Below are positions 55,367 to 64,000 of a stretch of 64,000 nucleotides of DNA, in pieces. How positions within the stretch are numbered: the first letter of the stretch is position 1; each line of letters opens with the position of its first letter. The notes beneath the pieces are model-generated. The model searched no databases. It was not told the DNA's origin and saw only the letters and a list, made by a program, of their open reading frames with translations. The stretch spans positions 4,464,001 to 4,528,000 of the forward strand of contig CAKKNE010000004.1 in assembly GCA_918797485.1 (NCBI GenBank), read 5' to 3'. Position numbers and translations under genes: made by a program. This DNA is from Pelagomonas calceolata. Taxonomy: Eukaryota.

Positions 55367-55966
55367 TTACTTTCGCCCCTTCGCCCAGGCCGTATCCTCC
55401 GCCGGGATGGGCAGCGGTGCTGTGGGGTCGCGCGACATGTCATCGAGATAGCTGCACCAGGAGTCGGGCAGGCCAGACAATCGCGCGCCTTCGCGGAGGT
55501 AGCCGAGGTACCTTTCGCTCGGTACCGGCTCGTCGGCCTCGTTCGCAATTCGCATTGGTCCCGGCGCGGCGGCGAGCGTGTAACCCCATTCGTACTCGCC
55601 GTCGTCGAGTTTCCGACAGCGGACAGGGCATACGACGTAGCCGAACGGGACGCCCTCCGACGCACAAACGCGCGCCCAGTCAGACGGCGTCAGATCGTAG
55701 AGCGCGCCGTAGAGCTCTCGCCGCGCGTCCGGTCTCGCTGACGCGAATGACGGTTCTGCGCCGCCGCCTCTCAAATCAAACGCGAGGCGCCAGCCGGGCG
55801 CGACGGCCGGCGACATCGCGAGGGGTTTGATGCCTCGTCGGCGTTCGAACACGGCTGGGTGGAGGTTGGAGCCGTACGCGAGATACGAGATTCGGTCGCC
55901 GAGCAATGCGGCACTCGCGTCGTACGTGTATGATGCCACGACCAAAAGCAGAGACCGCAGTAACAT
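55367..55966 (-). CDS. Gamma-glutamylcyclotransferase-like protein
   Basis: YLAYGSNL, GWRLAF, YGALY.L, SEG..Y, PSERYL..L.EGA..GLP. Confidence 0.85.
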   Translation of the reverse strand: MLLRSLLLVVASYTYDASAALLGDRISYLAYGSNLHPAVFERRRGIKPLAMSPAVAPGWRLAFDLRGGGAEPSFASARPDARRELYGALYDLTPSDWARVCASEGVPFGYVVCPVRCRKLDDGEYEWGYTLAAAPGPMRIANEADEPVPSERYLGYLREGARLSGLPDSWCSYLDDMSRDPTAPLPIPAEDTAWAKGRK

Positions 55967-56379
55967 GGCGTGTTGTCTGCTTACTCCGCCACGCCGTCGA
56001 GCAGTCGCGTCGATGGCGTGCAGCACAGAGGTGTGGTGGTCTGGCGCCTGCTACGTGTCCGCCGCCGTGTAATTCGTCAAGTTAGCAATTGGTGAGCTAT
56101 TTCGCGGTCCGCTGATCGTTTTGTAGAGGTCCGATCAATCTGTGCGCAGGCAGACGGCGCGCCAGCCAAGCAGGCTGCGCGCAGGTGCTGGACCACAAAA
56201 CTGGCAGCGGCCAAGCTCACCGCATAAATTGTTTACGACGACAGGACTCGCGCTGCGAAGGCGCTGATAGCTAAGAAAGTGGCTGCAAAAGTTTGCTTAC
56301 CATTGCGCCAGCTCTCGCGGAGCAAACCTCCACACACTTTTGTGGTGCATTGCAGAGCACTGCCTTTACGGCGCCAACA

Positions 56380-57042
56380 ATGCGTCCACTGCGCGTAGCC
56401 GTGCTCCTTGGAAGCACGAGAGACGGTCCGCCGCGCCCGGCGAATCTCGGCCGCCGTGTTGGCAAGTTCCTCTGCGGCGTGCTGAACGCGCGCGGCCACG
56501 AGGTCGACGTCGTCGATCCGGTTGACGAGGCGTTACCGTCGCTCGTCAAGCCCTACTTCGCGTACGCGCCGGGTCAGGCGCCGCCCAAGCTCGAGAAGCT
56601 CAACGAGCGTCTGCTTAATGCGGACGCGTACGTGGCCGTCACGCCCGAGTACAATCACGCCCCGTCGCCCGCGCTTTTGAACACGATAAATCATATCGGC
56701 TCGAGCGTGATGTCCTATAAGCCGTCGTTGATTTGCAGCTACAGTGCCGGACAGTGGGGCGGCGCGCGGGCCGCGGTCCTACTGCGCCCGGCTCTCAGCG
56801 AGATGGGATGCATCCCGGTGAGCGCCATGATCCACGTGCCGAAGGCGGCCGAAGTCTTCGACGAAGCTGGGAAATGCCTCGAGGACCACGACGAGTGGGC
56901 GGGCTACTTCGACCGCGGCGTGAGTCAGCTCGAGTGGTGGGGCGTCGCGGCGCGCAACCATAAAGACGTCGTCGACCCGTTCGCGGCGTCGCCCGCGCTC
57001 ACGACGACGCCTACCCAGCGCAACGCGCCGACGAGTCCCTGA
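56380..57042 (+). CDS. NADPH-dependent FMN reductase
   Basis: GSTR, ADAYVAVTPEYNH, YSAGQWGGARA. Confidence 0.9.
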   Translation: MRPLRVAVLLGSTRDGPPRPANLGRRVGKFLCGVLNARGHEVDVVDPVDEALPSLVKPYFAYAPGQAPPKLEKLNERLLNADAYVAVTPEYNHAPSPALLNTINHIGSSVMSYKPSLICSYSAGQWGGARAAVLLRPALSEMGCIPVSAMIHVPKAAEVFDEAGKCLEDHDEWAGYFDRGVSQLEWWGVAARNHKDVVDPFAASPALTTTPTQRNAPTSP

Positions 57043-57068
57043 GTGTGTCCACCTGGTGTGATAAGAAG

Positions 57069-57116
57069 CATGTATATCAATCACAAACTGTTCATGTATA
57101 TCAATCACAAACTGTT
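57069..57116. repeat. Perfect 24-bp tandem duplication between convergent genes
   Basis: CATGTATATCAATCACAAACTGTT x2. Confidence 0.95.
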
Positions 57117-58641
57117 AGACATTGTTCGACCGCTCGAGCCGCGCGACCGGCCAGCTGTTGTTGTTCAGCCCGCGGATATTCCAGACGTCCGCCGGCGTCC
57201 GCGGCATCGCCCCTCCCCCCAAATCATGCGCTCTCGCTACGAGCTCCACCGGACCCTCGCCGACCGGTACTTCGGCAGACCAAGTCGTCCAGGCCCACGC
57301 TCTCCCATAAGGTTGGTCCAGGCCCTCCTCCAAGTCGGCCTCGACCCACGTTTCGCCGCCGTCCGCCGACACCTCCACCCGATGGATCGACCGGCCGGCG
57401 CTGCCGAGGGCCCATCCCTTAACCTCCACAGAGTCCTCATCAATCGGTAACGCATCGCCGGGCGCCGGCGACGAAAAGGCGCACTGCACGGGCAGCTCGT
57501 GGATGGAAGGTAACGCCGAAAAGTCGACGCCCTGCAGATCCTGTTTCGTCCGCCAGTGCGAGGGCATGGCCTTGTAATTCATGCCGCGCTGCCACGCTCC
57601 TTCCGCCTCGTCCGACGACAACTTGACGCGCTGGACCCACTTCACGTTCCTCACACCGGCGTAGCCCGGCACGATGGCTCTGAGCGGACCGCCGTGGTCT
57701 CTGGGGATGGGCTGACCGTTCATCTCGTAGGCTAGCATACAATCACCGAGTTCCGACAGAGCCTTCTCGACGGGTACCGACGCCTGCATGTCGTCCTTGG
57801 CCTCGAAGATGACGTGTTTCGCACCTAGTGCTTTTGCTGCTGTTAATGGTGCTGATTTATCTTTGAAGAGTAGGTCCGCGACGACTACTCGCAGAGGCAC
57901 GCCGGCCCACTCGGCCGTGGAGGCCGCCCCGGACCCCCAGGCCGTGCCCGACGTCTTCCCATATTGGTTCATGTGGCCCCGTCGATTTCCACTACACTGC
58001 ATCGTCGCTGTTACTGTTGTTTTTGAGTAGTTCTTTTTGAGGTCCGCGACGCTTAGCGAGACCTCCGCTCCGTTATCGGTAGTGACGGAGAACTTGTGGG
58101 CGTCTCCGTCATCAAGTGGAACGGGGTGGTGGTTCCGCACGTACCACAACTCCGTAGGTGTGATATAAGGATCGCCGAGCATGGCCACCGGCGCCTCGGC
58201 GTTGCACGGCTCGGCCGTGTGCACCGTCAGAGCGGGATGTCGCTCCGGCTCATCTCTATAAGGGTCGTCCTCCTTCTTCTCCTTCGTCATGGTAGTCTCT
58301 TTGGCGAAATCAGATGCATCCAACGTGCCGACCCGCATCGGGGCCAGGATCTCCTGAATGTCCACGGCAGGATCCAGGTGCTGCTTGTAGATGCGCCAGA
58401 AGGGCTCCACCGAAGCGCCGGCGGCCAATTTGATCTTCTGGGCGCCGCCCGGGTGCGCGTTCACGAACTCCGTAATGTCGTACACTTGGTCCTTGTACGT
58501 AACCCAGGTCGCGCCCCTCTTGCCGTCCCGCTTGCTGATTTCTTCCCTCGTGAAGACGGGGTACTCCTCACTCAATGAAACGCCGCCGGCTACGACGCAT
58601 GTTGCGCGTATGGCGCCTCGGCGCAGGGCCGAGAGGAGCAT
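57115..58641 (-). CDS. SUOX: Sulfite oxidase (cytochrome b5 + Moco + dimerisation domains)
   Basis: VYDITEF..HPGG, YVRNH, QCSGNRR, AYEMNG..DHGGPLR.IVPG..G.RNVKW, WNIRGL. Confidence 0.93.
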   Translation of the reverse strand: MLLSALRRGAIRATCVVAGGVSLSEEYPVFTREEISKRDGKRGATWVTYKDQVYDITEFVNAHPGGAQKIKLAAGASVEPFWRIYKQHLDPAVDIQEILAPMRVGTLDASDFAKETTMTKEKKEDDPYRDEPERHPALTVHTAEPCNAEAPVAMLGDPYITPTELWYVRNHHPVPLDDGDAHKFSVTTDNGAEVSLSVADLKKNYSKTTVTATMQCSGNRRGHMNQYGKTSGTAWGSGAASTAEWAGVPLRVVVADLLFKDKSAPLTAAKALGAKHVIFEAKDDMQASVPVEKALSELGDCMLAYEMNGQPIPRDHGGPLRAIVPGYAGVRNVKWVQRVKLSSDEAEGAWQRGMNYKAMPSHWRTKQDLQGVDFSALPSIHELPVQCAFSSPAPGDALPIDEDSVEVKGWALGSAGRSIHRVEVSADGGETWVEADLEEGLDQPYGRAWAWTTWSAEVPVGEGPVELVARAHDLGGGAMPRTPADVWNIRGLNNNSWPVARLERSNNV

Positions 58642-58780
58642 GGCTTGCTGTCGTAGCGATGCGTCCTATCGTTTGCAGTGCGTTATATCGGTGCAGCAGT
58701 GCGAACCTTGACGCACTCTATGTTGTACTGCAGCGCGATATGACGTTTGTTGAGCTCGTCTGCTTGTTGCTTGCTTGTTC

Positions 58781-58802
58781 CTAGTGTCTTACTGCACGCT
58801 AG
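58781..58802 (+). promoter_or_regulatory. CTAG-N14-CTAG box between divergent genes
   Basis: CTAGTGTCTTACTGCACGCTAG, between SUOX and SfsA starts. Confidence 0.6.
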
Positions 58803-59108
58803 GGCTGGCCTAACTTAAGCGGCTGGCGGCGCAAATCGCTCGGCCTGGGATTAGAGAGCCGTGTGGGGCATCGCTAAAGTACTACTGCCGTGTCGCACGC
58901 TGTCGTTTCGCAGCTGTAGGCGCAGTTTCCGCAAAAGCAGACTTTCGGCTGCAGCGCTCTCCGGAGCAGAAAGCGGCGTCGGCGGCGCATTGGTGCCAAC
59001 ACCACGCTCTCGGGCACCCTACGACCAGTCCGCGCCTCGACGCCAATCGACGCGGCGGGCACGCTGGCGCGCCACGCCCTCCGGTGGGTCGCCGCCGCGG
59101 CGAACGCA

Positions 59109-60161
59109 ATGACTCTAACCAAACCAGTAGTAGTACCTTTCGAGGGCCCGCTGACGAAGGGCAACTTCGTGCGGCGCACGGACCGGTTCACCGCGCACTT
59201 GGTGCTGGACGGCGTCGAGGTCCATGACGGAGAAAATGGAGAAGTGAAAGCCCACTGCATCAATCCCGGCCGCATGGAGGCCTTCGTCGACCCGGGCGCC
59301 ACGATCTGGGCGCGGCGGGCCCCCGAGAACGGGCCCAAGCGCAAGACGGACTGGACGTGGGAGCTCATCGAGCGCGACGGCGTGATCTGCAGCACGAACA
59401 CGCAGCGCCCCAATGCCCTGATAGCGGCCGTGCTGCGAGAAAAAGCACTCACAGGCTTCACGGACTACAAGTCCGTCAAGGCCGAGCACGTGCTGCCGCA
59501 CGAGGGCCCGGGCACCAAATCTAGGTGTGATTTTTTCGTGGAGGAACTAGACGGCACTCATCATTATGTAGAGGTGAAGAACTGCCACGCGACCTACCCC
59601 GACGAGGATGTGTTGAGGGGCTGGGGCTACTTTCCCGACTCGGTGTCTGAAAGAGCGGCGCGGCACTGCCGCGAGCTCGCTGCTTTAGCGTCAAAGCCGA
59701 AGACGAAGTGCACCGTGATCATCGTCGCGTCCCGGGCGGACGCCACGAAGGGCATACGACCGTCGGACTACCACGACCCCGGTTTCTGCGCCGCCGCTCG
59801 CGAGGCGCAAAAGGCGGGCGTCGTCTTCCGGGGGCTGCGGGCCTCGCACACGACGGCCGCGACGACGATCGAGGACGAGATCCCCGTGGACCTGTCGACG
59901 CCGTCCTCTGACATATTGTGTGCATTACACAGAGCCTGGGCGGCGTGCGCGCCGATCACGGGCTGGGACCGGACCTTCGGGAAGGACGCGCCGAAGCGCG
60001 TCGCCAACGGGCCCTTCGCGCACAACAAGGGTCGTGCAGGGTGCGACTCCGCTCTGTTGCCAGTCACGTCGGAGCACTTCACGCCTACCGTGTCGCGGCA
60101 TTTTGATGATCGGACGCCCGTGCCGAAGAGGCGGCGGAAGCGGTCGGCGAAGAAGAAGTGA
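59109..60161 (+). CDS. sfsA: SfsA-family PD-(D/E)xK nuclease / nucleic acid-binding protein
   Basis: RRTDRF, AHCINPGRM, KRKT.WTWE, NTQRPN, SRCDF, YVEVKN, FPDSVSERAARH.REL; basic C-tail. Confidence 0.85.
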   Translation: MTLTKPVVVPFEGPLTKGNFVRRTDRFTAHLVLDGVEVHDGENGEVKAHCINPGRMEAFVDPGATIWARRAPENGPKRKTDWTWELIERDGVICSTNTQRPNALIAAVLREKALTGFTDYKSVKAEHVLPHEGPGTKSRCDFFVEELDGTHHYVEVKNCHATYPDEDVLRGWGYFPDSVSERAARHCRELAALASKPKTKCTVIIVASRADATKGIRPSDYHDPGFCAAAREAQKAGVVFRGLRASHTTAATTIEDEIPVDLSTPSSDILCALHRAWAACAPITGWDRTFGKDAPKRVANGPFAHNKGRAGCDSALLPVTSEHFTPTVSRHFDDRTPVPKRRRKRSAKKK

Positions 60162-60467
60162 GTGTAAGCCTCTTTGTGTACTGGCATTCTCCCGTCTTCG
60201 CAGTCGTCGATGGCGTCGTGTGGAAGCGCCGACTCGAGTCGGAGCGGGCCCGGGCCCGGGCCGAGGTCCGTCGTACGGGCTTGTAGCCAAGACGACGGCC
60301 GGACCATCGACGCGGGAACGGCGGTTGTCAAATGTATTACTAGAAAGTGTGTTTTATCACGTCGCCATCCCAACAAAGGTTCGCACCCCCGCGCCGCGCC
60401 ACCGCGCGCGCGCGTGCGGCACCTGTCGCCACATCCCAACATCCCAAATTTTTTCACCGTCCACTCT

Positions 60468-61339
60468 CTACGCGAAGAGCGAGAAGTCGTTCGAGAACGG
60501 GATCATGACGTTGCCGTCGTAGTGCGGGAAGCCCTCAATCCCGTGGAGGAACGGCACGGAGCCCGGGACCTTCGCCTCGGAGCAGAAGCCCATGATGCCG
60601 ATCATCGCCGCGCGGCCGTTAAGGATCTCGGACTTGAGGCCGCGGGCCTTGGACTCCGCGCCCTGCTCGGGGAACCAGTTGAAGGGGTCGTACAGGTTGA
60701 ACTGGATCTGGCCACCAACGCGGCCCTTGATGGGCGGGTAGTAGCCCGGCTTGCCGCCCTTGGTGTAGTGGACCTGTGAAGAAATCAATGTCGCGGCGCT
60801 TCTCGGCTGAATCGTGACCTCACGCCATGGACGCGACGTGAAGAATTGTCGGGTGCGATTTCCACACGGTAAGGGACGTAGCCCGCCGGGTTGCCGGCGC
60901 CCTCGCCGTAGGACTCGAGCATGCCGACGGCGATGAAGATCTGCGCCTTGGCGAGGAGGGGCATGTTGTCCCACTGCTCGAAGGGCGTGCCGCCCGCGAC
61001 GTAGCCCCGGTAGGGCGCGACGGCGTGCTCGCCGGAAACGAGGGGCGTGCAGCCCGCGATGAAGCCGAGGAACGCGGCCATGGCGACGCGGCCGTGCTTG
61101 ATCTCCGCGTGCCGGAACCAGCCGATGTTCGCCTCGACGGTGTCGACGCCGTACTGGGCGAGGATCGTGGAGCCCGCGAGGTCGAGCGGGTCCCAGTAGC
61201 CGGGCGGGCCGGGCATCGAGTTCTGGAGCGCCTCGAGGTCCGCCTTCGTCTCCGACATCTTCGTCTGCGCCGCGGCCGGCGCCACGGGCGCCACGAGGGC
61301 GGCGGCCGGCGCGAGGCACAGGGCGAGGATGAGCTTCAT
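60468..61339 (-). CDS. Fucoxanthin-chlorophyll light-harvesting protein; intron 60774-60877
   Basis: GYWDPL, WFRHAEIKHGRVAMAAF, LYDPF, SEILNGRAAMIG; signal peptide. Confidence 0.95.
60774..60877 (-). mobile_element. Introner-like GT-AG intron in LHC gene
   Basis: GTCCCTTA / GTCCACTA 6/8 TSD; ends CCGTGTGGAAATC...GATTTCTTCACAG. Confidence 0.8.
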
Positions 61340-61364
61340 CTTTAAACTGCGGGCGGGATGGGGT

Positions 61365-61408
61365 TAATTTCGAGTTTCTCTCGACGTAATCTCGAGTTTC
61401 TCTCGACG
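61365..61408. repeat. 22-bp tandem repeat upstream of the LHC start
   Basis: TAAT(T/C)TCGAGTTTCTCTCGACG x2. Confidence 0.85.
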
Positions 61409-62052
61409 TCGATGTCGGACGAGCGGCGTTCTCGGACCACACGAGAGCACTCGCAGCGGTACGCTCGTTCGTGCGTGTGTATACGCACGTCAACGCGCCG
61501 CGACAGCCACTTTGAGCTGGCGTGGGCATCGCGCGCAGCCGCGGCCTCCGAAGACTGCCGAGCAGTAGCCGGCACCAAGCGGCTCAGTAACGCAACCGCA
61601 GGCTGTGAAACTGCGCACACGTGGCGTCTGAAAGACATAGGCAAGTGCCAGAATCGCACATCGAAGGATAAAGCATCAGCGGCTCCGCAATCGCGCGTTT
61701 TTTGGTGGATCCCTCTACAAGCTGACCATGAGCCGCGTCGGGGCGCAAAATTGCCAGCCTGCCCACCTGTCTGGAGCGGCGAGGGGTCGGGGACAGGACT
61801 CATCGCTCCGCATTTGCGCTGGCGACGAGTAAAATTTACCCCCAATGAAATTTTACCCTAGTTGGCTAATATGCGTGGCCGTGCGCGCCAGCAGAGCCGC
61901 GCGACGCCCCTGAGGCGCCAGGCTCGTATAATCGAAGCGTGGACCCAAAAGAATCGCATTGAAATAGACTACAGCGCGAACGGCGGTCGAATTACTCACC
62001 GCGTGAAGTAAAAACGAACTTTCTTAATACAAAACTCACAACGCCGTCCCAA

Positions 62053-62760
62053 CTACTCGTCCGCGCGCCCGTGCCAATCCAGGAACCGCGCCACGGAATC
62101 CGCGTAGGCGGCCGCGTCCGCCGCGGGCAGCGGCCGGTGGCCCTCCGCATGCGTCCGGCGCTCCGGTCGTGCGAACAGAGTTGCTAGCTCGTCGCCGTTA
62201 CCGACGACTGCGTCTTGCGCGCCGGCACCAATCAACGCCGGCGTAGTCAGCGGTCGCTCGAACGCGCCAGGTAGTTGGCGCGCCCAGCCGGGTCGCGCCG
62301 GACAAAGCAGCACCACGGCGCGGAACGGCGCGCCCCGCCGTTCCGCCCGCGCCGCGAGCATCGACGCGAAGTTGGCCCCCTGCGAGAAGCCGAGCAAGCA
62401 GTCAGCCCCCGAAACTCGGCCTTCGAGCGCCTCGACGGCTTCGTCGAGCTCGTTATAGGTCCGCCAGCCGCGGTCGTCGGCCGTCGCCTCGGCGTACTCG
62501 CGCAGCTCCGCCGACGGCCCGTAGAAGCGCCGCATCATTTTGACATGCGGGTTGTCCTCGGCGCAGCGCTTGGGGCCCTCGACGAAGGTCACGTCCCACG
62601 TCTCCCGCAGCTTCGGCAGGAGCGGACCCAGCTGGATGGTAAGTGTTTTGGCCGAGCCGGCGGTGCCATGGAGCAGGGCAATGGTGCGGCGGCGGGGCTG
62701 CCCCGGCGAGGCTGGCTGCGCAAAGGTGGCCATGGATGCGAGGAGGCAGATGAGCATCAA
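62053..62760 (-). CDS. FSH1/OVCA2-like serine hydrolase
   Basis: LLHG, GFSQGA nucleophile, D.VV, H.EGH..P. Confidence 0.88.
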   Translation of the reverse strand: MMLICLLASMATFAQPASPGQPRRRTIALLHGTAGSAKTLTIQLGPLLPKLRETWDVTFVEGPKRCAEDNPHVKMMRRFYGPSAELREYAEATADDRGWRTYNELDEAVEALEGRVSGADCLLGFSQGANFASMLAARAERRGAPFRAVVLLCPARPGWARQLPGAFERPLTTPALIGAGAQDAVVGNGDELATLFARPERRTHAEGHRPLPAADAAAYADSVARFLDWHGRADE

Positions 62761-63132
62761 TGCCCAGTCCTGGCCTCTACACCGACATCAGAGAGGCGGC
62801 AGAGGCCATCTGCAGAGGCCCTGCCTTTTTGTGGCAGACAAGACCACTAGACCTGGAGTTTAAGGCCGCAGGGGGACTCGTGCAGACTTCCGGGCACGTG
62901 GAAGGGCATCATGGTGTAATTTGCTGGGGCTCGCACCCCGTACCCTCAGAGTGAGCTTGCCAAGTGTCGGCTCGGAGACCACATTACTCGACCGCTACGG
63001 TTCCACAGCTGGTGCCACAGTAGATACAGGTTCACTCCAGCAAGATCTTTGGCTGGAGGCGGTACGACCTCGCGCGGCGCCGCCCAGCCAGAGCTTGAAG
63101 GCAGTGAAGTTTAGACCACAAAACAAACAAAA

Positions 63133-63376
63133 ATGGCCGATGCGCCAGACTGCTCGCCGGATGGCCCGGTGAACCTCGCGGACGACGAACAGCAGCCGAC
63201 CGAGGAGGTCGGCGTTGTTGGTGGTGAGTCTCCCTGCGTTCCCCGCGCGCGCCGTATACAGGCCGGCTCGCACCGCGCGCCCCCCCACCGCAGACACGAA
63301 CCTCGGCGTCGTGATGCTCGCGCTGCTGGTCATGGGCCTCATCAACTACTCGATGCGCGACCCGTGCACGTGCTAG
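63133..63376 (+). CDS. Small (~57 aa) C-terminally anchored membrane protein; intron 63224-63293
   Basis: GTGAGT..CCGCAG intron joins an acidic N-terminus to DTNLGVVMLALLVMGLINYSMRDPCTC*. Confidence 0.55.
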
Positions 63377-63448
63377 TGGTCCGTCCTTCGTTCCCGCTCC
63401 TCGCACAAACAAGCTCTCGTGTGTAATTAAGATAGATACAATACAAAA

Positions 63449-63931
63449 TTAAGAATCAAGCTCCCCCCGCAACAACTCGGGAATCTCCAACCCAATATCC
63501 CTGGCCCAGCCCAGCGCGTGCTCGAGGCGCTTCATCTGGGCCTCGTCCAGGATGATGCCCTCGCCCATGTCATAACCTTGGTCTTTCTGCGAGAAGACGC
63601 GGCACAGCATAAAACACGCCGCCGCCGCCGCCGGGTTCACGTTGCCTTTCGACGCGGGGCCCGTCGACAGCGCGACCTCGAGCGCCGTACAAAAACCCTG
63701 CACGAGGCGCGCGGGCGACCGCGCGTCCCGTAATTCTTTCGTGTCGGCGCCGAAGTTCGCGAGCGCGACCGTCGCCGTCGCCGCGTCCCGTGGAATCGCG
63801 TCCGGGTCGCTCACGTGCGCGTCGCGGAGGCGCTCGACGGCCCGTGCTCGTATCTCCGGCCGCGCCTCGCGCTGCTTTATTAGTTGCTCTTTGCTGAGCT
63901 CGCGCGGCCGCAGCGCGCAGAGCTCGACGAC
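63449..63931 (-). CDS. Terminal exon of an unknown gene continuing beyond the window
   Basis: Open frame from an acceptor CAG at 63932-34; upstream sequence carries introner palindromes. Confidence 0.55.
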   Translation of the reverse strand, partial: VVELCALRPRELSKEQLIKQREARPEIRARAVERLRDAHVSDPDAIPRDAATATVALANFGADTKELRDARSPARLVQGFCTALEVALSTGPASKGNVNPAAAAACFMLCRVFSQKDQGYDMGEGIILDEAQMKRLEHALGWARDIGLEIPELLRGELDS

Positions 63932-64000
63932 CTGCGCGTTTCTCGCGTCGACGGCGCATCCCGTGGACGTCGTCGCGGCGATGGCGTGCCCTCCACGCCG

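Noticed and set aside
88..58802. CTAG boxes or introner palindromes as a CRISPR array
   Set aside because: Dispersed kilobases apart, no regular spacers, no cas genes, eukaryotic context

Overview
This is a gene-dense, GC-rich eukaryotic window with about 30 protein-coding genes and short spliceosomal introns, many of them GC-AG. The fucoxanthin-type LHC, a plastid-targeted KEA, an expanded MYND-finger family and palindromic 'CACGCCATCGACGCG' introns point to a pelagophyte alga such as Pelagomonas or Aureococcus (inference). Main signals: (1) an apparently intact 3,651-bp hAT DNA transposon (35549-39199; 20-bp TIRs, perfect 8-bp TSD) splits a MYND/RING/TPR gene, and its transposase is itself interrupted by an introner-type intron; (2) introner-like introns have TIRs and 8-bp TSDs, take their GT/GC donor from the duplicated host sequence, occur in both orientations, and have hAT-like ends; (3) a tRNA-Arg(CCT) gene fills most of a GC-AG intron of a K+ channel gene; (4) a conserved CTAG-N10-15-CTAG intergenic box lies about 90-210 bp upstream of at least 10 genes, sometimes with a longer 62-bp dispersed repeat; (5) unusual proteins include a Band-3/SLC4 cytoplasmic domain fused to NhaA, an NLS-bearing SfsA nuclease, a dioxygenase-discoidin-Cys-repeat protein and a possible two-unit secreted zincin polyprotein. 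All calls come from reading the sequence and ORF track by eye; no searches were run.
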